A stretch of 64,000 nucleotides of DNA from the human T2T-CHM13v2.0 reference genome, Homo sapiens. The notes below the pieces were generated by a model, which saw only the letters and a program-made list of their open reading frames with translations, ran no database searches and was not told the origin of the DNA. The stretch lies in NCBI RefSeq assembly GCF_009914755.1, contig NC_060939.1. One strand, given 5' to 3'. The position numbers were made by a program, and so were the translations under genes. Below, in pieces: positions 34,560 to 48,388 of the stretch (position 1 is its first letter; the number at the start of each line of letters is the position of its first letter).

Positions 34560-35020
34560 TTACTCTGGAAAAAAAGCAGCCCTCCTTCCTCAACTCCATG
34601 GGTCCAGTGAGATTGTCAAGCATAGGGCCAAACCCAGCCATAAGGTTAGTTGCATGATCTAGGCTCAGCTATCCTAATGCATCAAACTCTTAGCTACAGT
34701 TGTTGGATCAGTATAAGCAAGTGTCCCAATGAGAGAAATCTTTCCTAGGTTTCATGCAGAGATTATAAAGAGCTGTTAGATTTTATCTCAATTTGTTAGG
34801 CTGGAAGAAGCTACTGGCTGTCAGCTATCTTGTCTGCCAGGTAGACAAAATCAGCATGAAAAATAAAATCCAATAGAGACAAAAACTATGAGACGTGAGT
34901 TCCTGGCTCTACCTGGGACTGAAGCAAGAACCATCCAGAGATATCCCCATTAACCAATCCAATAACTTTCCTTTCTGCGTATTTACATGATGTTGGGCTT
35001 CTATCACTACAATAGAAATC
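34560..35020 (+). mobile_element. Old ERVL/MaLR-type LTR relic
   Basis: 3' end ccaataactttcctttc...gttgggcttctatcactacaa resembles old ERVL LTR ends. Confidence 0.45.
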
Positions 35021-35953
35021 CCCTCTCATGCATTTTATAATGCAAAGAAATACTTTCTTCTAATTTACAGGTCTTTGATTTACATACAGTATCAAATATT
35101 TATTCTTGTTGGCAGGATATTTCTATTTCTTCTCTTTTTAATTTTGTCTTTATGGTCTTTGCCCATATTGGACAATTTTTTGTTTTGTAATAACTTTTTA
35201 TCTGTTTGGGGTACTACCTCCTTTTCTGTCATATATGTAGCAAATATTGTTGCCCAGATTGTCATTTGTCTTTTGCCTTCGACAGGAAAACAGACAAATA
35301 TTTTTCTTATGCATTCTGCTTTTGGCATTATGCTTTAAAGACACTCCCTACTCCAAGATTATTTTTAAAAACTCGGTATTCAAAATAAAATTTAAAAATC
35401 AATATCATTCTTCTGTACTGGGAATTACCATTCAGAAAAGGAAATTGAAAATAAGATTCCTTTTGAAATAACAGCAAAAGCTGTAAAGTCATTGGAGTTT
35501 AACCTAACAAGGAAGGCACAAGTATTTATGGAGAGAATCTTAGAACAATTACACAGTACATAAAGGAAGATTTGATTAAATGAAGAGATATGCTATATTC
35601 TTTGATGGAACAATAATGAACTTAATATTACAAAATGCTATGTATTCTACAAAGGGCACCCCCATGTATTTACCTGCAAACTTTTCATTAACCCTAAGTA
35701 GTAATATTATCAAGAACATTATCATAGGTGCTTGTTGGGGTTGGAAGGTACAAAGTCAGAAAGGTAGAGTAGTAGTAATGCTAGGGAGAAAATCAAATAC
35801 AAAGACTGGAGGGCATGTTATACTGAGCAAGGAACTATACTGAGCCATGAACTGGGAGTATTTTGTATTGTGTCTATTTCTAAGGTCCAAAAGCAAAGAA
35901 AGAATAAAGTGAAATAAAATTAAAATATCAACCTATATCATCTTCTAGTACTG

Positions 35954-36228
35954 TTGTTTTTTTTTGTTTTTTTGTTTTTTTTTTGAGACTGAGTCTTGCT
36001 CTGTCACCAGGCTGGAGTGCAGTGGTGCGATCTCGGTTCACTGCAACCTCGCCTCCTGTGTTTAAGCGATTCCCCTGCCTCAACCTCCCGATTAGCTGGG
36101 ACTACAAACGTGCGCCACCACACCTGGCTAATTTTTTGTATTTAAGTAGAGATGAGGTTTCACCATGTTGGCCAGGATTGTCTTGCTCTCCTGATCTTGT
36201 GATCCCCCCGCCTTGGCCTCCCAAAGTG
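35954..36228 (-). mobile_element. AluS, 5'-truncated
   Basis: Perfect 16-bp TSD atcatcttctagtact (35937-35952, 36229-36244) at a TT/AAAA site. Confidence 0.95.
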
Positions 36229-36438
36229 ATCATCTTCTAGTACTTTTAACGCTTTATTTTTATTCTGTAAGTTGTGAGAAAGGTATTGACCTTATTGTTT
36301 TCTCTCTCCACTCAAAATATTGAGCCTATTACCTGATTAAATTAGTGTATCCATTATAGATGTTTCATGGGTAATCTATTCTTTCTCACTATTTTAAATT
36401 GCCAATAAAAATATATATGGACCTATTGCTGGATTTTT

Positions 36439-36442
<4 letters not shown>

Positions 36443-36481
<39 letters not shown>
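36443..36481. repeat. (TG)n microsatellite
   Basis: Seen directly. Confidence 0.97.
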
Positions 36482-36483
<2 letters not shown>

Positions 36484-36559
36484 ATCGCACGAGCAGTCTG
36501 CCTTTTCTTTTACCCATGGAAAACTGTTTAAATTATATTGCCTTTATATTGGTCTTTTG

Positions 36560-37372
36560 ACTTCCTACTCACTCAACCACCGAGTCTCATGAATTCAACC
36601 TTTAAAATATTTCTCAACTCCTTCCACTTTTTACTTCCAGTGTCCCTAGCCTGGTTAATCACACTACCGTCTTTTTCCTGGAGTACCACATAGCTCATAT
36701 TTAATCTCCCTATGTTCATTCTTAATTCATTCCAAACAATTATTCACACGATAAAAAAAATTAACTGGAACCATTAGTTTATGTTACTTCCCTGCTCAGA
36801 ACTTACAGGAAAATTTCCCTGTACTTAGATAAAATCAATTCAGTTTTGCAAGGTCTGCCTGTGGCCACCTCATACATGTCTTTCCAACTCTTACCCTACA
36901 TCTCTCTCTGGCATTCTCTCCTTTGTCCATACTGGGCTCCTTTCATTTCTTGACTGTGCCAAGATCTTCCTGGGCCTTCCTAGGGCCTTCACACCTATTT
37001 CTCTGCTACCAGGAACTGTGTTACCCTTCCTATCCTGATTCCAGTTTGAATGTCACTCCCCTAAGCATCTGGGTGCTGGTGTGTGGCATACAGGTCCAGT
37101 GACATTTGTGTGGCATCAATGTGTGTGGTATCCTCTAATTGGGACAGATAACTCAGACCACCAGACACTGCTTCTCCATAACCTGTAGCTTTCTTGGAAA
37201 ATACTTATTATCATTTGTAATTATTTATAATATGTTTGTTATTACTCTTTAATATCTTTCTTTCTGCGGGATTGTAAGCTCCCTGAGGGGAGGATCTGTG
37301 TCTATTCACCCCCACCTCTGCTATAAGCAGGGTGCACAATGTAAGTTCTCAAGTATTTCCTTCATGAATGAT
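36560..37372 (+). mobile_element. L2 3' portion
   Basis: gattgtaagctccctgaggggaggatctgtgtc...catgaatga, the L2 3' end. Confidence 0.75.
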
Positions 37373-39814
37373 TACTATCTGGCTGGTCATGTTGTCTACT
37401 ATCAATTTTGATTTTTAAAAGACTCAACTATCTAAATCAGCTTATTCTTCTACATATACTTTAGGAAATTTTTTTTTCATGCTCTAAAAATATCCCACTG
37501 GGACTTCATTACATTCATAAATTATTTTGGGACAACTCGCTATCTTCACATTAAATCTCTCAACATGTGACATGATATAATGATACTTTATATTTTACTT
37601 ACATGGATTCTACACATTTCCTGTAAGGACTATTCCCACTTATTTTATGTTTTTGGTTGCAACTGGGTACAATAGTTTGGAAAGAGAGGGATCTTTTCTT
37701 TTTCTATTTTAGAAGTATATATAATACAGGGAGTTAGTGGTATTTTACATATAGTTTTTAATCAACATATATACTTAAGTAAATTATTTTAATCAGATCT
37801 TACTGAATTTTCTAGGTAGCAATCATATGACTAAAAAGACCATTTTTCTTTATCCCTTTCATTATTAAAGCTATTGTTCCATTGTATTTTATTTCATCAG
37901 TAATTAAACATTTTCATAATTTAAATATGATATAAATAATATAAATTTATAAATTTTATATTTTATATATATTTTATAAAAATATAAATATAAACCTTTA
38001 GGTTTAAAATTTAGTTTTTTATCACTAAGCATGATGCAGTTACTAGACTGGAATAGATTTATGTCATGTTAAAAAAGAATTTTTATCCTCTTTTACCAAG
38101 TTTCATATAAAAGTGGTATTTGATTTCATCAAATATATTTGAATCTCTAACACGATGAACTATAAGAAATAGGATTGGGAAAACAATGTTGTGAGTTCAA
38201 ATTTGAGCACCATCAGGAGCACTTGCTCCACCTTAGACAATGAACTTGAAGTATTGGCCTACATTGGCTTCTCATGGCCTACAGTGCAAGTTCCTTGGTC
38301 TATTGGTTGCTTTACCATACACTGGTCTCTTCATTATAAATTTTCTCTGACTCTGCTACAGTTTAGGAAGGGGCTATTTCTTAGGTGTTCATTTTTAAAA
38401 TAAAATGAGCCAAAGAAAATAGTGTTAAGTTCCACATATCAGGGATTTTTAGCCTCATTATTATTTTTTCTGACACACAAATATATCTTTCAATTTGCAC
38501 AATTCTCGAAGCCATTGTAGAATTAAATAAGGATGTTTCCATGAAAAGTAAATGATTTTCTTTTATGTTACTTTTTGTCAGTCTGCTCAATGTGGGTTAA
38601 AAACTTCTTCAGAAAATTATTTGGAGATTTTCCCTTTTGTGATCATTTTTAGGAAACTGAAACTCTTGTTGCTTATTATGAAAAGACTTCTGATTGCATG
38701 TGGATGTACACCTTGAAGATAAAATAAAATGCAAGAGCCATTCTATAACAGAGCAATATCTCCCTGTCCTTAGGTGCCTAAATGAAGTTGTAAGGGTCGT
38801 AGACACCAGATGACTGCCGTCGTCTGGAGCTGTATGGACCTAACCTTCTCTCCTTCCCACTCCCTGAGAAACTGGCAATGTTCTCCTCATCCTTGGGTGT
38901 CTGTCATCCCAGGGGCCACCACAAACTCATTCCTCACTTTCACAAAACTGATTTCTGTTTATGGAGCAGCTGGTAGGAACATTCCAAGGCCAGGCACTCC
39001 CTGAGAAGCAAGCCTGCTTCTCTCAGCTGTCAGGAGCTTTTAGAAATAACACCCTCCTCTGAGGAAGTCAGAATAGCAACAGGAAAATAAGTAAAACCTA
39101 TTATAAAACAGTTGTCCAAAAACTTGGGCACGGCGCGGGGTAGAGATCGATACGCTGTGAAGGTTAAATCTATTTTCACACTGTGTTCTATTTCACAGTT
39201 TAATGGTGTTTTAATGTGTCTGTCACTGAGCCCCTTCATGTTATGCAGGTAGAGCCTCTACAAAGGAGAAAGAACCCGGCTTTTCAAGCTTTGCTGTAAC
39301 ATCTTATTTACCAGCTGCGATCTGACAATTTCTTTTCCTTTCTAGAGAGACAGCAGGCCTGTCTCTTCCCTCAACCCCTCTGGCTCTCCTCTTCTCCTTT
39401 CTTTCTTACTCCTAATTTTGCAGAAGGCAAAGTTGGGGCCCTCTAAGTGACTTTTAGATATCGTTCTGAAAAGCTCTCCAGGATAGATACCCGTATCAAA
39501 GAAGAAAATGACTGAAACCTTTCTGACCCTTCCACCCTGTGCCCTTGATTGGCATCCTTCATTTTGCAGATGTCTCCAGCTGGCTCTGTTCAATATCACC
39601 GCTGTCCTCTCTTTTCTGCCAGGCACTTTGCTCAATCCCTAGCTTTGTCTCTCTCTTTCCACGCATCAGGTCACTCAGTACAGCCGAGTCAGGGGTCTTG
39701 TCCTTGCTTTCCCCATCATTTTGAGAGAAATCCCAAGTATTTATCTATTCTTACCCAAGAACAGATTTCTGTTTCTACTTTTACACACTTTAAGCCACAT
39801 AGTAATACAGAAAT

Positions 39815-40249
39815 TGTATTCATTTTCCAGGGCTGTCATAACAAATTACTACAAACTGGAGGACTTAAAACAACAGAAATGTATTCTCTCTCCCAATTCT
39901 GGAGGCTACAAGTCTAAAATCAAGGAATGGGCAGGGCCGTGCTCTCTCCAAAGGTTCCAGAGGACAATCTGTTCTGTGCCATTCACTTTGCTTCTTGTGT
40001 TATTGGCAATCCCTGGCTTTTCTTGGCTTGCAGACTCCAATCTTGGCCTCCATCACCACATGGCGTTCTCCCTGTGTGTCTCTGTCTGTGTGCAGCTTCT
40101 CTTATGAGGATGCAAATTACATTGTATTAAAAGGCCACTCTACTCCAGTATGATTTCATATTAACTAATTACATCTTCAATGGGCTTATTCCCAACTTTT
40201 GCCCCATTCTGAGGTCCTGACAAAGAAATGAATTTTAGTGGGTACTATC
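39815..40249 (-). mobile_element. MLT1B/C MaLR LTR (terminus resumes ~40653-40667)
   Basis: agggctgtcataacaaattactacaaactggaggacttaaaacaacagaaatgtattctc...ctactccagtatgatttcatattaactaattacatc. Confidence 0.88.
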
Positions 40250-40652
40250 TGTGATGTATATGTCTACCTGGCTGGGCGATAGTGCCCAGATATGTGGTCA
40301 AAGATTCTTCTGGATGCTTCTATGAGAGTGTTTTTGGATGAGGTTGCCATAAATAAATCAGCAGACTTTGAGTAAAGCAGACTGCCCTCTCCAGTGTGGG
40401 AGGGACTCACTCAATCAGTCTAAGTTTTTACTAAAACAGAGATTGACCTCCCCTGAGCAAGAGGAAATTCTGCCAGCAGGGAGCAGAGGTCGGAGATTTG
40501 AATTGCAACATCAGATCTTCTTTGCTGGCTCATCCTGCAGATTTTAGACTAGCCAGCCTCCATGATCACGTAAGTCAATCCCTTAACAAACCACATTCCC
40601 TTTATACATGTGCACACATGATATTGATTGTTTCTTTGGGAACCCTAATACA
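40250..40652 (+). mobile_element. MLT2C/D solo LTR nested in the MLT1
   Basis: TGTGATG...gtgcccagatatgtggtcaaa...gactttgagtaaagcagactgccctc...gaaccctaataCA. Confidence 0.88.
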
Positions 40653-40884
40653 TGATCCAACCCAGCAGAGCCATGTAGATGAAATGTACAGAAAGTATTC
40701 CATGGAAGAACACATTATTTATCTATGCTCAATAAAGGCGAGACAATCTTTAGGCACTCAGATTTTTGTAGATTAAAGGGATCATCATGATATCTGGCTG
40801 TTATGATTTCTAAATGGCTGGATTTTCCATGGAATTCAAGTTAAGGCAGGGTGGGGGTGGGAACAATGAGGATCCATCGTTTAT

Positions 40885-42177
<1,293 letters not shown>

Positions 42178-42425
42178 TCCATGACTCTATAGTAAAAAGT
42201 CTAGATTTTACTCAAAGTGGAGTAAGAAGCCATTCAAGTATTTTAAGTAGAAGACAGGCTTGGTTTAGACCAAATTATTGTTGGTAGAGATGTTGATTCA
42301 TGATAGAAATTATTGTATGTTTGGAAGATAGTACCCACAAGACTTGCAGATGCATTCTGTGAAGAGATAGAGGATGAAAAGACAGAATTCAAGCTGACTT
42401 CAATGTAGGGTTGTCAGATTTAGTC

Positions 42426-42851
42426 TATCAGTCAGGGTTCAACCAGAAGAAAATCAGTGGAAAATTTATATTAAGAAATATATTTCCAGGAATTGGCTTA
42501 CATAATTGTGGGGGCTGGCTAGGAGAGCATGACTTTCACAGGGCCGGCCATTAGGAAGGGGAGGTTGACAACCTTGGCAAAAGCAAAAGCTCTACACAAC
42601 AGGCAGTATTTCTTCCCCCAGAAAAACCTCAGTTATGTTTTTAAGCCCTTTCAAACAATTGAGTCAGGCCCACCAAAATTATAATATCTAGAAAACAACT
42701 TATCGAAGGTAATCTCACTTACTTCAGGTCAACTAATTAAGGACTTCAATCACATCTAAAAAATACCTTTGTAGCAACATAAGATTAGTGTTTTGGCTGA
42801 ATATCTGGGGGCTATTGACTAGTCAAATTGACATACCAAAAAGACCATCAC
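42426..42851 (-). mobile_element. MLT2-family LTR (3' LTR of an ERV-L)
   Basis: gtcagggttcaaccag...ggaattggcttacataattgtgggggctgg...agtcaaattgacata..aaaagaccatca. Confidence 0.85.
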
Positions 42852-43722
42852 TTTATACCCCTTGTCAACCTGGCACCCATACACATCTTTTTAAACCATA
42901 CTCAATCTCCAAAAAAGACAATTACAATGTTATACTTACTAATAAAACTATCCTGCCTACAACCAAAAACATGTTTAACTTTCCCCAGAAGGGTAAACAT
43001 GGGGATGTTCACTCTTCTTTTGATAGCCTATTACTTAAAATATTGTAATATTAAATATCATTAATACATCTCATTTAAGATGATGGGGGAATAAGAGTTG
43101 GGAGAAAATAAAAATATTTGCCTAATGTATGTACAAACACCTTAAATAACAAAGTAAGCAATATTTATAACTAAGGTCCTCATTTTTGCAACAGATCATG
43201 TGGTCACAGCTGGTATTCATAACTACCTTCTACTCTCCATTCCACATCACCTTTGTCCTCAGTAAGAACCTCAGATAGTCATGGTTCTTTGCCTGGTAGA
43301 GTAATCCAAATATTCATTCCTGCAGAGTCTGAGCTGTTAGCAATCCTGCCTGATTTGGGTTGTTGTAGTTTCCAGTTGACTTTAGTCACAGGACTGGGTA
43401 ATAATAAGAGATACTTGAAGGGATCTCCTATATTCCAGACATAGTCTTCTTATATTCATTGTGTAGTAGCAGCCCAATTTACACTTGCTAATCAGGATCT
43501 ATTACCCTAGCCAGCACAGGAACCCCCTGCTTTGCCTGTTGATTCAGAAGCATGAAGAGCCCAAGTGACTGCATGGCAGGTTGATTATATTGGATCTCTC
43601 CCATCATGAAAAGGACAATGCTCTGTTCTTACTGGAATAGGCACTTATTCTGCATATGGATTTGCCTTTCCTGTGTGCAACACTCCTGCCAAAACTACCA
43701 TCTGTGCACTTACAGAATACTT
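42852..43722 (-). mobile_element. ERV-L internal 3' fragment (minus strand to 43573; integrase piece on plus strand 43574-43722)
   Basis: ccccttgtcaacctggcacccatacacatc is the antisense PPT region; homologous to 397-1703. Confidence 0.88.
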
Positions 43723-45079
43723 ACTGTCCTATGTTTTATTGGCAATCTTAATACTAGGATTGTGGCCTCAGTAATGGTCACTTACTGATATCGTGAAGAC
43801 TAGAAGAGTTTTCAATAAGTTAAATACATGAATTTGTTTTACTTGGACAGGTCAGGGCTGAAGACAAAAATATGCAAGTCATCGATATGTACAGGGTGCT
43901 TAAACCATGGTGCAAGATAAAAGAAGAGAAGGAGACAGTAATATGGACTCCCATAATTGAAGGTAGGTGGAAAAAAAGAGGAAGGAGCTGGCCAAGAAGA
44001 GTAATGAGGAGTAGCCAGCAATGTGGGAGGACCAAAAAATGTCTGTGCTTGATACACCTACATTTTGAATATATTTTGAATTGTATGGTATTTCGTAAAG
44101 AACATCATGCCTTCTCCCGATCTGCCATGCAAACAAATGTAGGAACCATGGTGGAAAACTATGCTCAAAACCAAATATTTATCGATCTCTGCTTAAAATA
44201 AAGCACAATGAAACCTTAAAAGAACTCATCCATGGGTTCATTCATTAAAGGAGCATTTATTCAGATTTATTTTAATTTAATTAATTTAAGCACTGAGCAT
44301 ATAAAATTTCTTTGCAAACCTCAGGTCGTTAAAGAAAGTTTTGATAAAAATATACCACCTGAATTCAGCATTTGATTTTGATAGGGATACAGAACACTGA
44401 GAAATGCCAGAAAATTAGTTTTGGGTTTAAATATCTTACTGCCGAGTTTAATGATGCTCAGTGAATGTGAATTTGGGAGAATTAAGGAAAAAAATGGCCA
44501 TCTCAGTTAACTCCTGAGACATTCTGAAACACTATTATTTCTCCCAGAATTGAGACACTTTTTATCACCATTTTGCACTTTCCCAGAGAGGTTATGAACC
44601 AGCTGCCTATAGAGCAAAAATATTACTATCCAATTAATATTTTGGAAGCAATGACAGACTATTCTAACCTCCTGGCTCAGCAGTCTGTTCTGAGTGTCTG
44701 ATCATACAGGAAGTGGGATAAACGCGGGGCCAGTCAGTTCACCGGGTCCTCATCACCAAGAGCAGAGGCCACTCACTGAAGTCTGTGAATCACAGAAGGC
44801 TGCAGCAGGGGAATTTGCATTTGAATTATGAATATTTAAACAGGCTTATTAAAACTGTGTCCACAGAGAGCAAAATGCAATTTGCTTTTAAAACAATTAA
44901 AAATAAGGGGCAGAGAAGAACAGTCACTAAATGCATAAAATTTGGAGTGAGAAGATGCAGAACAAATCCTTAGCTCCAGCACTTCCCAGCTATGTGGGAG
45001 AGGGAAATTAATTTGACCTCTGTAAGTTTTATCCAAACTCCTGTACCTCAACTTATTCTCATTCTTTGGTCAACCAACA

Positions 45080-45310
45080 ATGTTAAAAGCATGGTCTGTG
45101 GAACCAGAACGTCTAGACTTGAATCCTGGCTGTGTCACTTGTTAGCTTTCGTACACATTACTTAGGTTCCCTGTGCCTTAGTTTGCCTTTCTCTAAATGG
45201 GGATAATACCAGTAACTATGACAATGGCTTGTGAGATTAAATGAGTTATTTCACGTAATGTATTTAGGGGACTCGCAGGCACACGATAAACACAAAATAA
45301 GTGTGAAATC
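45080..45310 (+). mobile_element. MIR (a second relic at ~44905-45040)
   Basis: ttgaatcctggctgtgtcacttgttagct...ctgtgccttagtttgccttttctctaaatggggataata...gtgagattaaatgagtta. Confidence 0.85.
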
Positions 45311-45329
45311 TTAATATAATTAAATATAT

Positions 45330-47190
45330 AATGAGTGTGAATCAGAAACTGTGTTGGGTAATTAGATGAAACAGTGAGCAGCTTGGACACAATCTTTGCC
45401 TACATGGAGCCAATTTAACATACAATAACAAAAGCGGTGTTATGAAAGTTTAATATGAAAACCACAAAGTTAAAGAAGCACTAAGTTAGTATTGGGGGAT
45501 CAGGGGAGCCTTTCAGACAGAATATACTTTAAGCTGAAATATGACAGGTGAATAGGAATTAGCCAAGAACCAAAAAAGATGGCAGAATATTGCCAGTAGA
45601 GATAAAGAATATATATGAATATTGAGGGAAAGTATGAAAAATGAAAAGGAGGTAGGAAGAGAGGGAGAGAAAGGAAGAGGGATGGAGAAAGAGAGAGGAC
45701 AGAATGTCTTTTTTCAAGTTATAATGGGGGAAAGCTCAGAATGTGGCTCAAAGGGCCAGGTCACAGTTGACTTTGGAGGCCATATCAAGGAGTTTAGACT
45801 TTCTCTTATAGGTATTGGAGAGAACAATAGTCTATATTTTTTGGGAGAGAAATAGTCCATATTTTGGGGGGGAAAAATAGTCTTTTTGTCCCCCCCAAAA
45901 TATGGACGCTTTGTCTCTATTTCTCCCCCAAAGTTCATGTGGTGGAAACTTAATCTTTCACATAACAGTGTTGAGAGTGGGACCTTTAAGAAGTGATTGA
46001 ATTATGAGGGCTCTGCTCTCATGGATGAATTAATGCCATTATCATGGGAGTAGGTCCCTAATAAAAGGATAAGTTCAGCCTTCTCCCTTCCTGTCTTCCT
46101 CCTGCCCATGTGATGCTTTCCACTACGTTATACTGCAGCAAGAAGACTCTCACCAGATGCAGTCTCTTGATCTTGGACTTCTCAGCCTCCAGAGCCATGA
46201 ACCAAATATATTTCTACTCATTATAAATTATAAACCCAGTCTCAGGCATTATGTTATAGCAGCATATATGTGCATGCACACACACACACACACACACACA
46301 CAACTAAGGGATTCTAGTAAGGCAACTGTTGCAGCAAGCAAGTTAATAGATGACAGTGTCTTGAGAGGTATTGATGCAGATAAGAAGATATATTTAAAAC
46401 ATTTTTCAGGAATAGAAACATAAAAATTTGGTGACTGACTAGATATGGGTAACAAGGAAGGCAGGCTCAAAGCTAGCTCCAGATTGAAAGATTGTGCAAT
46501 AGATGCATGGTGTACATCACTAACTTAGGGGACATCAGAGGTAGGCTGGGTGTGGGGTGGATGGGATGTGAGAAGAAAGTAACATTGGACCCATTGCTTG
46601 GAGGAACAAGAGCAACAACCAAGTGGAAATCTCTAGTGGACAAGAGTAAGGTCTGGGCTGGAGACATAAGGGATATATTAGCATAGATTGGAGATTCCTG
46701 GTGAATAATGCAGAGAATGAGATAAGGAGGCTGAGCTGGTGGGGAACCCTGGAGAATACCATTTTTTTTTTTAAAGAAAGGGCCTCGAAAGAAGATAATG
46801 TAGGGGAAAATTAGGTATTGCAGTGGAAAGGTAGGAAGAAAAGCAGGAGTTTAAGGGTTTTTCTGACCTCGAGGTGATGGATAACTGTGAATAGGGCAGT
46901 AGAGGTGGGATGATGGGGGTGGAAGTCAGGGAGCTGAGGACTCAGTGAGAATGAGAATAGAGTTAGCAAATATAGGCAATTGTTTAAAGAGCTTTGAGAA
47001 GGAAAGCTGAGGACTAGAAGGAATTTGCAAGAGGAATGTGACCAAGGGGTACTGTTTTAAAGATATGGAGTGAGTCTTAAATGTGTTTACATACTGTGAA
47101 AGGGATATTCTTTATTCTTATGAATAAAGAACAAAGCTAAAGGGAGATGGGAAGACGTGATAGAATCCAGAGAGCAGCTCAGGAGGTGAA
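45330..47190 (-). mobile_element. L2 fragments, interrupted by a MaLR LTR
   Basis: ggccatatcaaggagtttagactttctctt; aaatttggtgactgactagatatggg; aggtctgggctggagacata. Confidence 0.7.
45900..46265 (+). mobile_element. MST/MLT1A-type MaLR solo LTR followed by (CA)n at ~46277-46302
   Basis: gagggctctgctctcatggatgaattaatgcc...ttgatcttggacttctcagcctccagagccatga...acccagtctcaggcattatgttatagcagca. Confidence 0.88.
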
Positions 47191-47319
47191 TCTTCCACTG
47201 ATCAGCAGGTACTAAGTTCAAATGAGTGTTTTTCTACTTGAACTGTTTCCTTTTGAGGATCTATTTTGACCACTATAAATTGGTTTGCCTCCCAGAGTCA
47301 GCCTGTAGATTGGAGGCCA

Positions 47320-47473
47320 ATTCTGTAACTTGTATGCACGTAGAAATAATCTCAAAGTCTTGTTAGAATGCAGGTTCTGACTCAGGAGGTGTGAGGTATG
47401 GCCTGAGATGCTCCATTTCCGACAAGCTCTAAGGGTGGATAAGGCTACAGTTCACACGCATGCTTTGAATAGC
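47320..47473. mobile_element. MER5-like hAT MITE
   Basis: cttgttagaatgcaggttctgactcaggaggtgtgaggtatggcctgagatgctccattt..acaagctc. Confidence 0.65.
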
Positions 47474-47699
47474 CCTAAACCCTGAAGTATCTTGCTGTAG
47501 CATGTGGCTACCGGTTTTCTCCTCACAATTCTGCTCCTGGCCTCTGCCCACCTGAGGCCTTTCTGTGCTACAGAAGTAGCTTTCTAGCAGTGTCGGGGCA
47601 GGGCTTTTCTTGGGCTTGGATTCCAAAACATATCCTCTGTTACTCATTAAACTTTAGATAGTGAAGTCTTCATGATTTTCTTAGAGCACATCAAGCTCA

Positions 47700-48075
47700 A
47701 TGATGTCTTAGTTCTATCCTACTTGCTCTCCTTTCTGCCTAGAAGATACCTGTCCCCAGGTCCTCACATGGTTGTCTTCTTCTAGTCATTTGATTCTTAA
47801 TCTTCATTGAGGCTTTCCATAATGATCCGATTTAAGTTACCATCACCCTTAGTCATTCTCTATATTACCTTAAACCATTTTTTTCTCTACAGCAGTTTCC
47901 ACTGTTTAACAGGATCTTTGCTCATTTATTAATCTGCTTATCTAACATTTTGCATAACGCCATGAATACTCCGTAAGAGTAGGGACCTCATCAGTTTTGT
48001 TGACCATTATAGCCTTTTTTCTTAAACAGTGTCTCACAGGTAGCAAGCACTGTAGAAATAATTGTTGAATGAAGA
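47700..48075 (+). mobile_element. L2 3' end
   Basis: agagtagggacctcatcagttttgtt...aacagtgtctcacaggtagcaagcactgtagaaataattgttgaatgaa. Confidence 0.75.
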
Positions 48076-48341
48076 AAGAATGCTAAATAAGAATCCCTGG
48101 TATATGTATGCTATATTTAGAATGAACAAGTAGTAGGTGCCAAAGGAATAAGAAAATATAAGGAAGCAAAATTTAAAAATAAAATTCTCTATAATATCAT
48201 AACTTTTTCTATGAAGATCATGTTTGATGTTAACAGCATTTTGGGCCATCTTAGAGAGCAAGAGTGGCCTCTGGGAACATAGCTCAGAGCCAATGAGGTA
48301 ATAAGTTCCCCACAGCACATTCTTTGTATATAGTCCATTAG

Positions 48342-48388
48342 TTTTTTTTTTTCTATACTTGATCTTAGCCAAAAGGCAGATAAGTGAT
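48342..48388 (-). pseudogene. 3'-truncated U2 snRNA retropseudogene (U2 nt 1-36 + oligo-A)
   Basis: Reverse complement of 48353-48388 = ATCACTTATCTGCCTTTTGGCTAAGATCAAGTATAG vs U2 ATCGCTTCTCGGCCTTTTGGCTAAGATCAAGTGTAG (32/36); T run 48342-48352; flanking repeat gtccatt. Confidence 0.93.

Noticed and set aside
37078-37132. Three gtgtggcat-like repeats as a CRISPR-like or regulatory array
   Set aside because: Very short, irregularly spaced slippage repeats inside an L2 in eukaryotic DNA
37920-37995. AT-only stretch as a PATRR-like palindrome
   Set aside because: Only short imperfect symmetry; ordinary low-complexity DNA
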